64,000 nt of DNA from Candidatus Palauibacter sp. GTDB lineage: Bacteria > Gemmatimonadota > Gemmatimonadetes > Palauibacterales > Palauibacteraceae. The position numbers were made by a program, and so were the translations under genes. The stretch is taken from contig NZ_CBDBNY010000004.1 in NCBI RefSeq assembly GCF_965208055.1, forward strand, positions 320,045-384,044, given 5' to 3'. The notes under the pieces were generated by a model. The model ran no database searches and was not told the origin of the DNA. It saw nothing but the letters and a program-made list of their open reading frames with translations. Positions 56,594-64,000 of this stretch are shown piece after piece. Positions within the stretch are counted from its first letter, which is position 1. Every line of letters begins with the position of its first letter.

Positions 56594-57175
56594 TTGAACG
56601 TGCTCATCATCCCGGAGGACTTTCGCAACGATCAGTACATCCTGCGGCCGCTCTTCCAACGGCTCTTTCGGCGTCTCGGAAAGCCAACTGCGAGGATCCG
56701 AGTCTGTCAGAATCCACGATTGGGAGGAATCGATCAGGCTCTGAGAGTCGAGCGCCTTGCCGCGATCGTCGAGCAGTATCGCGGGATGACCGACCTATTC
56801 ATTCTCTGCGTTGATCGCGATGGGCAGGTTGGCCGACGGAGTCGACTCGACAGCATCGAACGGCAGTTGGCCGGTCCGCCCGTATTCCTGGCCGAGAATG
56901 CTTGGGAGGAGTTGGAGACTTGGCTTCTGGCCGGCGTGCAGCTTCCAGCCGGTTGGCATTGGTCGCACGTCCGAGCCGAAGTACACGTCAAGGAGGCGTA
57001 CTTCGAAAGGCTCGCACGGCGCCGGGGTCTGGAGGACCATCCGGGAGGAGGACGCAAGCCGCTCGGGGAGGAAGCGGCGCGGAGCGTGGAACGTATTCGG
57101 ACAAAGTGCCAGGAGGACTTCGACGCGTTGGCCCGACGGATTGAGGACTGGCTGGCTCTACCAATAGGGACGTGA
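56594..57175 (+). CDS. DUF4276-like small protein with a TOPRIM-like acidic motif; partner of the ATPase
   Basis: 193 aa. N-terminal IIPEDFRND (conserved Glu). LFILCVDRDGQ (DxD). 10 bp downstream of the ATPase gene and inside the same low-GC segment. Confidence 0.55.
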   Translation: MNVLIIPEDFRNDQYILRPLFQRLFRRLGKPTARIRVCQNPRLGGIDQALRVERLAAIVEQYRGMTDLFILCVDRDGQVGRRSRLDSIERQLAGPPVFLAENAWEELETWLLAGVQLPAGWHWSHVRAEVHVKEAYFERLARRRGLEDHPGGGRKPLGEEAARSVERIRTKCQEDFDALARRIEDWLALPIGT

Positions 57176-58452
57176 CTGACATCCATCTTGGAGACCGCGA
57201 CCTCGCCCTACTGCAAGGGGGGGCGGGGGAGGGCACGCAGCTGGCCATGTCGATCCTCGCGCGCATGGCCGATGTGGTCGGGGCGCGGGAACTGCTCGAC
57301 ATCACGGCGGCGCACATCGATTCGTCGCTCTACCAGGGGCCGGCGACCCTCGAGTTCGCGGAGCGCCTGGCGGACGGCGGCGCACGGGTGCGGGTGCCGA
57401 CGACGCTCAACGTCTCCGGGGTCGACGAACACGGCTGGCGCGAGTGGGACGTGTCCGAATCCTGGGCCGAACCGGCGCGCCGCCAGATGGAGGCGTACGA
57501 GGCGATGGGCTGCGAGCCCACCTGGACGTGCGCGCCGTACCAGACACAGCCGCGTCCGGGGGTCGGGGAGCAGGTCGCGTGGGGCGAGTCGAGCGCGATC
57601 GTGTTCGCGAATTCGGTGCTGGGCGTGCGCACCGAGCGCTACCCGGACCTGCTGGACATCTGTTGCGCGGTCACGGGCCGGGCCCCGGCTGCGGGGCTGC
57701 ACCTCACGGAGAATCGAGCGGGGCAGGTGCTCGTCGATCTCTCGGGCGTCCCGGGGCGGCTCGCCGAGGAGCCCGCGCTGTATCCGGTGCTGGGACACTG
57801 GATCGGGTTGCGCGTGGAGGGGCGGATCCCGGTGCTCGACGGACTTCGGGCCCGGCCGGGAGAGGACGACCTGAAGGCGCTGGGCGCCGCCATGGCGTCT
57901 TCGGGCGCCGTGGGCCTGTTCCACTGGGTCGGCCTCACGCCGGAAGCGGCGGACCTGGACGCGGCGTTTCAGGGCGGGGGACCGGCGACTCGGCTGCGTC
58001 CGGGGCCCGCGGCGCTGCGAGCGGCGCGGGATGAACTCGGCTCGGGGCTGTCCGACGCGGACGGGCTCGACCTCGTCGTGCTGGGGAGCCCGCACTTTTC
58101 CCTCTCGGAGTTCGCGACCCTCGCGCGGCTCGTCGATGGTCGACGACGCCACGCCGGAGTGCGGCTGTTGATCACGACCGGGCGAGCCGTCCGTGAACTG
58201 GCGGCGAAAGCGGGCTACCTCGACGCGATCGAAGCGTTCGGCGGGGAGCTGACTGTCGACACGTGCATCCTCACGACGCCGATGCTGCCGGACGGGATCC
58301 GGCGGCTCATGACCAACTCGGCCAAGTACGCCTGGTACACGCCGAGCCTGCTCGATCGCGCCGTCGCCTTCGGGAGCCTGGCGGACTGCGTGGATTCCGC
58401 CGTCGCCGGGCGCGTCACGCGGGACGACGGCGCATGGACCGCCGAACCGTGA
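57172..58452 (+). CDS. Aconitase X catalytic (large) subunit, DUF521 family (cis-3-hydroxy-L-proline dehydratase / mevalonate-5-P dehydratase type)
   Basis: AcnX-type N-terminus LTD..L.D..LALLQGGAGEG.QLAMSIL. Conserved Cys/Ser-rich core. GTG start. Confidence 0.75.
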   Translation: MTDIHLGDRDLALLQGGAGEGTQLAMSILARMADVVGARELLDITAAHIDSSLYQGPATLEFAERLADGGARVRVPTTLNVSGVDEHGWREWDVSESWAEPARRQMEAYEAMGCEPTWTCAPYQTQPRPGVGEQVAWGESSAIVFANSVLGVRTERYPDLLDICCAVTGRAPAAGLHLTENRAGQVLVDLSGVPGRLAEEPALYPVLGHWIGLRVEGRIPVLDGLRARPGEDDLKALGAAMASSGAVGLFHWVGLTPEAADLDAAFQGGGPATRLRPGPAALRAARDELGSGLSDADGLDLVVLGSPHFSLSEFATLARLVDGRRRHAGVRLLITTGRAVRELAAKAGYLDAIEAFGGELTVDTCILTTPMLPDGIRRLMTNSAKYAWYTPSLLDRAVAFGSLADCVDSAVAGRVTRDDGAWTAEP

Positions 58453-58910
58453 GCGATCGACGGGCCGCATCGGGCTCCGGTCCGCTGACCGGCCGAGCGC
58501 TCGTCCCGGGCGCCGCGGAAGGCGCCGTGCTCTACTCCTCCGAGCCGCTCAGCTTCTGGGGGGGCTACGACGCCGAGACCGGGGAGATCATCGACCGGCG
58601 CCATCCGCTGGCCGGCCGAACCGGCGCCGGCCGCATCCTGGCCATTCCCGCGACCCGCGGGTCCAGTACCACGACCGCCGTGCTCCTCGAGGCCATCCGG
58701 CGCGGCACGGCCCCGGCGGCGTTTCTGACCCGCGGCCCCGACACCTTCCTCGCGCTCGCCGCCATAGTCGCCGCCCAGCTCTACGGCCGCGCCCCACCGG
58801 TCATCGCCCTATCCCCCGAGGACTACGAAACCCTGCGTCGGATCCCCCGCGCCCGCGTCGATGCCACGGGCGCGGTCAGACTCCTCCAAACTGCGGATCA
58901 GCGGCGGTAG
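58449..58910 (+). CDS. Aconitase X swivel (small) subunit, DUF126 family
   Basis: GTG start overlapping the large-subunit stop (GTGA). Motif LSFWGGYD...G.I typical of AcnX small subunits. Confidence 0.7.
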   Translation: MSDRRAASGSGPLTGRALVPGAAEGAVLYSSEPLSFWGGYDAETGEIIDRRHPLAGRTGAGRILAIPATRGSSTTTAVLLEAIRRGTAPAAFLTRGPDTFLALAAIVAAQLYGRAPPVIALSPEDYETLRRIPRARVDATGAVRLLQTADQRR

Positions 58911-60370
58911 TCGAGCGGCGGCGGGCGGTCGCCCAGCAGCGCCTCGTACGCGAAGTCCGTCCCGCGACGCTCCGTCAGTTCCTCCCACGCGGCCGCGATC
59001 ACATCCGGCGACTGGAAGAGTTCGATTGTCGTCAGCGCCAGCGTCTTGGCCGCGACCATCATCCCCTTCGTGCCGATGTCCGTGCCGCCGGCCGCGACCG
59101 CCTGCCAGCTGTGCGCGGAGGTGCCCGGCACCCAGGTCGCCGTCGACAGGCCAGTCGTCGGCACGACCCAGCTGATGTCGCCCACGTCCGTCGAGCCGCC
59201 GCCCACGCCCTCGACCCCGAACTCCTCGATCTCCTCCTCGGAGCCCAGCGGCCGGGAGGAGCCGCCCTCGAACGTGGCTTGGATCTGCCGGGCGAAGGCG
59301 CGTTCCGCCTCGGTGTACTCGACGCCGCCGACCTTGCGCAGGTTCGCGTCCATCACCTGCCCCAGGGCGACGTTGGGCACGAGGTCGTACAGCCCGTGGA
59401 TGACCTCGTACTCCATCTCCGTCCCGGTCCCGAGCGCCGCGCCCTCGGCCGCGCGCGCCACGCGCTCGAACAACTCGAGCACGGTGGGGGCGTTCGGGTG
59501 CCGCACGTAGTAGTAGACCTCGGCGAAGTCCGGCACGACGTTGGGCGCGAACCCACCGTGCGTGATCACGTAGTGGATGCGCGTCTCCTGCGGCACGTGC
59601 TCGCGCAGGAGGTTCACCATGTGGTTCATCGCCTCCACCCCGTCGAGCGCGCTCCGGCCCCGCTCCGGCGCCCCGGCGGCGTGCGCGGAGTAGCCGCTGA
59701 AGCGGAACTTCGCCGACTTGTTGGCCAGCGAGCGTCCCGCCCGGGCGCTGTTCTGCGAACCTGGGTGCCAGTGCAGCGCCACGTCCACATCATCGAACAG
59801 GCCGTCGCGCACCATGTACACCTTGCCCGCGCCGCCTTCCTCGGCCGGCGTGCCGTAGAGCCGGATCGTCCCTGCGTGGCCGGACTCGTCGAGCCATTCC
59901 TTGACCGCGATGGCCGCCGCCACCGATCCCGCGCCGAACAGGTGGTGGCCGCACGCGTGACCCGCGCCCCCCTCGATGATGGGCGCGCGTTCGGGCACCG
60001 CGTCCTGCGAGATCCCCGGCAACGCATCGTACTCCGCCAGAATCCCGATGATCGGTCCTCCCGAGCCGTAGCTCGCGACGAAGGCGGTGGGCATGCCCGC
60101 GACCCCGGATTCAACGGAGAACCCGGCCGCGTCGAGTTCGGCCTTCAGCAGCTCCGAACTCTGCTCCTCCTGGTAGCCGACCTCGGCCCACTCCCAGATC
60201 TGCCGCGCGACGCCTGCGTAGTGGTCCCGGCGCGCCTCGATCCCCGCGATCTGCGCGTCCTGAGCCGCCGCCACGAGGGGCAGCGGAAATACGGCCACGA
60301 AGGCGCCGGCGAGGAGCCGACGACGGCGGACGTTCCTGTTCACGACGGAACACTTGGCTGACATGGACAT
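58898..60370 (-). CDS. M20 family peptidase (AbgB / aminobenzoyl-glutamate hydrolase subunit B-like)
   Basis: Signal peptide. Metal-binding sites HACGHHLFG and YGTPAEEGGAGK. Confidence 0.8.
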   Translation of the reverse strand: MSMSAKCSVVNRNVRRRRLLAGAFVAVFPLPLVAAAQDAQIAGIEARRDHYAGVARQIWEWAEVGYQEEQSSELLKAELDAAGFSVESGVAGMPTAFVASYGSGGPIIGILAEYDALPGISQDAVPERAPIIEGGAGHACGHHLFGAGSVAAAIAVKEWLDESGHAGTIRLYGTPAEEGGAGKVYMVRDGLFDDVDVALHWHPGSQNSARAGRSLANKSAKFRFSGYSAHAAGAPERGRSALDGVEAMNHMVNLLREHVPQETRIHYVITHGGFAPNVVPDFAEVYYYVRHPNAPTVLELFERVARAAEGAALGTGTEMEYEVIHGLYDLVPNVALGQVMDANLRKVGGVEYTEAERAFARQIQATFEGGSSRPLGSEEEIEEFGVEGVGGGSTDVGDISWVVPTTGLSTATWVPGTSAHSWQAVAAGGTDIGTKGMMVAAKTLALTTIELFQSPDVIAAAWEELTERRGTDFAYEALLGDRPPPLDYRR

Positions 60371-60485
60371 GCTTCTGGAACTCCTCGAAGGGGGACGGAT
60401 AGAACGGTCTGGAGAAGCTGGCCCGCAGAAGCGCGTCTGGCTAGCCTTTGTCGCCGTTTCCTGTATCGATCACGGGGGGTTGGGG

Positions 60486-61358
60486 GTGGAGATAACGAAG
60501 TTTCCGGGGATCCTGTGCGTGCTGGCCGCGGCCCTCACGGCCGTTCCGGCGGAGTCCCTGCAGGAAGCACAGGAAGAAACGGACCCGAGTTGGGAGTACA
60601 ACGCCGAGTTGAGCCTGCTTTTTACCTCGGGTAACTCGACCGTTCGCACCTTCGGGATCGGCGGGGGAGCCCGGCGTGAGTGGGCGGGCGGTGAGCTGTC
60701 CCTGCGCGCGGGCGGCCTTCGGACCGAGTCCGGCACGACCCGCCGCATCGCCGTCGGCACGGCGGACAACTTCGCGGTGAGGAGCGAGTCCGATCCCGAG
60801 CCGACGGCCGAGAACTACTTCGCGCGGGGCGAATTCGAGCGTTCGTTCTCGGACCGCGTCCACCTCACGACGGGCGCCGGCTGGGAGCGGAACACCTTCG
60901 CGGGGTACGAGAGCAAGCTCTCCCTGGTCGGCGGCATCGGAAACGTGTGGATCGACAACGAGAGGACCCGGCTCAAGAGCGACTACGGGTTGACCCTCAC
61001 CGCCCAGAACGACGTCATCGAGGATCCCGACAAGAGCTCGACCTTCGGCGGAGTCCGCGTCTCCACCAGCTTTCGGCGCCAATTGACGGAGACGGCCAAC
61101 CTCGAGAGCACGCTGACGCTGGACGAGAACCTCACGGATGCCGCGGACCTCCGCGCCGATCTTGCCAACTCCCTGGCGGTCGACATCAACAGCTCCCTGG
61201 CCGTGAAGACGGGCCTCCGCCTCGTGTGGGACAACGCGCCGGCCCTGACGCGGGCGCCGCTGGAAGATGGCGCAGGGGTCTCGACCGGCGAAATGGTCCT
61301 CGTTCCGCGCCACAAGCTGGACTCCACGCTGACGATCGCGCTCGTCGCCAACTTCTGA
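60486..61358 (+). CDS. DUF481-like outer-membrane beta-barrel protein
   Basis: GTG start giving signal peptide ...ILCVLAAALTAVPAESLQ. Alternating beta-strand pattern. C-terminal ...LTIALVANF. Confidence 0.55.
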   Translation: MEITKFPGILCVLAAALTAVPAESLQEAQEETDPSWEYNAELSLLFTSGNSTVRTFGIGGGARREWAGGELSLRAGGLRTESGTTRRIAVGTADNFAVRSESDPEPTAENYFARGEFERSFSDRVHLTTGAGWERNTFAGYESKLSLVGGIGNVWIDNERTRLKSDYGLTLTAQNDVIEDPDKSSTFGGVRVSTSFRRQLTETANLESTLTLDENLTDAADLRADLANSLAVDINSSLAVKTGLRLVWDNAPALTRAPLEDGAGVSTGEMVLVPRHKLDSTLTIALVANF

Positions 61359-61397
61359 CCCGCGAGCCGCCCGTCCCGCGCCCGGGACCGGGGCGCT

Positions 61398-62501
61398 CTA
61401 GTCCGGGACGGGAAGCTCCGCGAGCCCCTCGGTGACTTGCTGGCCGGCGGTCATGCCTCCGACGATGAAGGTTCGGTCGCCCGCCAGTGCGATGCCGCGG
61501 TGGTCCATCGTGGACGTGCCCGGCGCCTCGGCCGCGATCCAGCTCTCGGTCGCGACATCGAAGGCGAACGCACCCGCCCAGGGCTCGGCCGGCCGTCCGT
61601 CGTACCCGATCCCGTTGTAGTTGTAGGGATTAGCCGACCCGCCGGCGAAGAGGATGCGGGACCCGATGCCGGCGGCTGCGGCGCGGTAGAGTCCCGGTCC
61701 GGGATGGTCGGGGAGGCGCTCCCAGGCGATACGGGCGGGCTCGAGCGGGTCGATTCGCCCCAGCCACGATGAAGCTTCGAGGACGAAAGTTCGGGGATCC
61801 GCCTGCACACGCGCGCCATCGATGTACACGATCGCGTCTCCCGCGATGCCGCCCGCGTGTCCGAAGACGGGCGGACCCGGGATCGGCGTCGCCTGCTCCC
61901 AGGCGTTCCGCTCCGGATCGTAGATCTGGACGGCGGCCACGTTGTCCGAGTCGTGCCAGCCCGAGACGAGGAAGATCAGCGAGTCGCGCCACACGCCCGA
62001 GACGGCGTCGTCCACGGGTACGGGCATGGGAGCGGCTCGCCCCCACCGTCCCGTCTCCGGGTCGAGGATGTCGACCTGGGGGACGGACTGTTCCGCGCCG
62101 TCTTCCGCGACGGTGTAGCCGCCGAAGAGGAAGATCCTGCCGTCGAACGCCTGGGCGGTCGCGGCGAGGCGGCCGGGTCCGGGCGGAGGCTCGATAGCCT
62201 GCCACGCCGGGCTCCCGATGTCCCACCGGAAGGAGGCCGTCGTCACGCCCGACCAGAGCTTCGTCGAGTCGATCCCGAGGAAGGAGAAGACGGACCAGCC
62301 CGTGGATGTCTCGAGCGCCGCCACGGCGTTGTTGGCCACGGGCATCGGGAGCGGCGGCGGGGCATCCGGGCCGGAGTCCCCGCTGTTCCCGGGCGTCCCG
62401 CACCCGGTTCCCGCGAGCGCCGCCCCCAGGCTTAAGGCGCGAAGCCCGGCACGCACCGGGGTCGGCGCCCCGTGCAGCAGGACCGACCTCACGGCCTGCA
62501 T
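61398..62501 (-). CDS. Kelch-repeat beta-propeller lipoprotein
   Basis: Lipobox LAGTGCG. Repeated Kelch-like motifs (GRIFLFGG, SLIFLVSGW, SRILFAGG, DRTFIVGG). Confidence 0.7.
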   Translation of the reverse strand: MQAVRSVLLHGAPTPVRAGLRALSLGAALAGTGCGTPGNSGDSGPDAPPPLPMPVANNAVAALETSTGWSVFSFLGIDSTKLWSGVTTASFRWDIGSPAWQAIEPPPGPGRLAATAQAFDGRIFLFGGYTVAEDGAEQSVPQVDILDPETGRWGRAAPMPVPVDDAVSGVWRDSLIFLVSGWHDSDNVAAVQIYDPERNAWEQATPIPGPPVFGHAGGIAGDAIVYIDGARVQADPRTFVLEASSWLGRIDPLEPARIAWERLPDHPGPGLYRAAAAGIGSRILFAGGSANPYNYNGIGYDGRPAEPWAGAFAFDVATESWIAAEAPGTSTMDHRGIALAGDRTFIVGGMTAGQQVTEGLAELPVPD

Positions 62502-62513
62502 GTCATCCGCACG

Positions 62514-63254
62514 TCAGAAGAACCCGAGCTGGTCCGGGGGCGTGTCGCCGGCAGCGGGGCGCTCTCGCCAGCCCGCTGCCTCCCGGATCGGGGCGCTCCG
62601 CGGCTTCGCGCAGGCCGCATCGTCCGCGGCCACGCCGTTGACCCGGCGGCTGACCGCGAACACCTCCAGCGTCTCCGCGTCGAACGGCTGCAGCGGCTCC
62701 ATGGTGCGCTCCGAGATGTCGAGATCGAGCCACATCTGCGCGCCCTCGCCCTCGAGGATGACCGGCATGCGGCCGTGCAGCGGTTCGAGCAACTCGTTCG
62801 CGTCCGTCGTGACGATCGTGCAGGAGGGGACCGGGCCGTTCGGCCCCCGCCACACGTCGCACAGGCCCGCGAGCGCCATCGGCCCCCGATCCCGCCGCCG
62901 GATGAAGTAGGGCTGCTTCAGACCGCTCTCCTTTCGCCACTCGTAGAAGCCGTCGGCGAGGATCGCGCAGCGCCGGTCGATGACGAGGTCGCGAAACGCC
63001 CGGCGGGTCTCCAACGACTCGGAGCGGGCGTTGATCATGAGCGGGAGCGAAGCGGGGTCCTCCGCCCAGTGCGGGATCAGCCCCCAGCGCAGCGAGACGA
63101 GTTCGCGCCCCGCCTCGCCTCGCCGCAGCGCGATGACTTCGTCGGTGGGCGCCACGTTGAACCGCGCCCCCCGGTCGCCGAGTCGCGACGGGTCGGCCTC
63201 GAAGAGTTCGGCCAGGTCCGGCACCGGGGTCTGAAGGCTGAATCGTCCGCACAT
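62514..63254 (-). CDS. SOS-response-associated peptidase (SRAP / YedK, abasic-site processing protein)
   Basis: Invariant N-terminal MCGRFSL (Cys2 nucleophile). Motifs FNVAPTD, WGLIPHW, MINARSE and DGFYEW. Confidence 0.85.
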   Translation of the reverse strand: MCGRFSLQTPVPDLAELFEADPSRLGDRGARFNVAPTDEVIALRRGEAGRELVSLRWGLIPHWAEDPASLPLMINARSESLETRRAFRDLVIDRRCAILADGFYEWRKESGLKQPYFIRRRDRGPMALAGLCDVWRGPNGPVPSCTIVTTDANELLEPLHGRMPVILEGEGAQMWLDLDISERTMEPLQPFDAETLEVFAVSRRVNGVAADDAACAKPRSAPIREAAGWRERPAAGDTPPDQLGFF

Positions 63255-63392
63255 GCCGCCAAGGTAACGTGCGGCACGGCCGGCGGCCCCGTTGCGGGTC
63301 CCGGCGCGCGCGCCGACAATCCTCCGGCCCGGTGACCGAGCCGGGCCTTGTTCCCCGAACCGCAAACCAGCCACTCGAAGGGCATAGATCAG

Positions 63393-64000
63393 ATGAAGAT
63401 CGCACTCGTTCAGCAGTCTGCCGGACCCGATCGCACCCGGAACCTCGAGCGGGCGCTCGACGCGATGGGGCGCGCCGCGTCGGAGGGCGCCGATCTCGTC
63501 GCGTTCCCCGAACTCGCGATCGACCGCTTCTTTCCGCAGCGGCCGGACGACCCCGGCGCCGCGGAGATCGCGGAGCCGATCCCCGGTCCCACCTGCGACC
63601 GAATCGCCGCCCGCGCCGGCGAACTCGGACTCGTGACCGTGTTCAACCAGTACGAACTCGGGCCCGACGGGCGATGCTACGACAGCACGCCCGTCTTCGA
63701 CGCGGACGGCTCGCCGCTCGGCGTGACGCGCATGATGCACATCACCGAGTACGCGTGCTTCCACGAACAGCACTACTACGCGAAGGGCGACACGGACGCG
63801 CTCGTCTACGACACCGCCGTGGGACGCGTGGGCGTCGCGATCTGCTACGACCGCCACTATCCGGAGTACATGCGGCGGCTGGGAGAACAGGGGGCGCAAC
63901 TCGTCGTCATCCCGCAGGCCGGGGCGGTCGGAGAGTGGCCCGAAGGGCTATTCGAGGCCGAGTTGCGCGTGGCGGCCTTCCAGAACGGCTACTTCGCCGC
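63393..64000 (+). CDS. Carbon-nitrogen hydrolase (nitrilase/amidase superfamily), truncated at the 3' window edge
   Basis: Start MKIALVQQS. Catalytic Glu region LVAFPE. Catalytic Cys region VGVAICYD. Confidence 0.8.
   Translation, partial: MKIALVQQSAGPDRTRNLERALDAMGRAASEGADLVAFPELAIDRFFPQRPDDPGAAEIAEPIPGPTCDRIAARAGELGLVTVFNQYELGPDGRCYDSTPVFDADGSPLGVTRMMHITEYACFHEQHYYAKGDTDALVYDTAVGRVGVAICYDRHYPEYMRRLGEQGAQLVVIPQAGAVGEWPEGLFEAELRVAAFQNGYFA

Noticed and set aside
1-64000. CRISPR arrays, rRNA, tRNA
   Set aside because: No regularly spaced short direct repeats with unique spacers were seen. The only tandem repeats are coding (22283-23853, 25030-25650, 47562-47640). No stretch looks like a structured RNA gene, although tRNAs cannot be excluded without a covariance-model scan (tRNAscan-SE).

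Overview
This is a high-GC (~68-70%) chromosomal window from an environmental bacterium. Lipoprotein signals and carboxypeptidase-regulatory-like domains fused to TonB-dependent receptors suggest a Gemmatimonadota- or Bacteroidota-like lineage. No rRNA, tRNA or CRISPR array was seen. Contents from left to right:

- **(1) 1-5.7 kb, heavy-metal efflux island.** A TolC-like outer membrane factor, two CDF (CzcD-like) exporters, a His-rich repeat protein and a small permease, interrupted and flanked by two degraded copies of the same IS transposase.
- **(2) 6-13 kb, putative metal-uptake/oxidation cluster.** A DUF2946-like protein, a TonB-dependent receptor, a His-rich lipoprotein, a PQQ quinoprotein dehydrogenase and a carboxypeptidase-regulatory-domain protein.
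- **(3) 13-21 kb, housekeeping/accessory genes.** M20D amidohydrolase, an ArsI/CadI-like VOC protein coupled to an ECF sigma factor, a DadA-like oxidase, PdxH, an NSS transporter and SulP.
- **(4) 21-33 kb, laminarin/beta-glucan utilisation locus.** Surface lipoprotein with three ~180-aa tandem repeats, GH16 laminarinase and a GPH symporter carrying an in-frame ~200-aa copy of the same repeat module in a predicted periplasmic loop. Convergent with these: GH3, a ~1060-aa clan GH-A enzyme with a large unknown C-terminal domain, and a beta-barrel plus lipoprotein.
- **(5) 33-55 kb, mixed hydrolases, transporters and hypothetical proteins.** Phosphodiesterase, asparaginase-family Ntn hydrolase, GNAT, M28 peptidase, SSS symporter, cyclase, a tandem pair of unknown paralogues, three paralogous beta-propeller lipoproteins, a sortilin/BNR protein, D-aminoacylase, CapA and a racemase.
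- **(6) 55.3-57.2 kb, low-GC (~46-55%) two-gene insertion.** An ABC/AAA_21-type ATPase plus a small DUF4276/TOPRIM-like protein. This is the best candidate for a poorly described split-OLD-like defence module.
- **(7) 57-64 kb.** AcnX large and small subunits, an M20 peptidase, a DUF481 beta-barrel, a Kelch lipoprotein, an SRAP (YedK) peptidase and a CN-hydrolase.

Many long ORFs in the six-frame track are antisense artefacts of high GC and were rejected.
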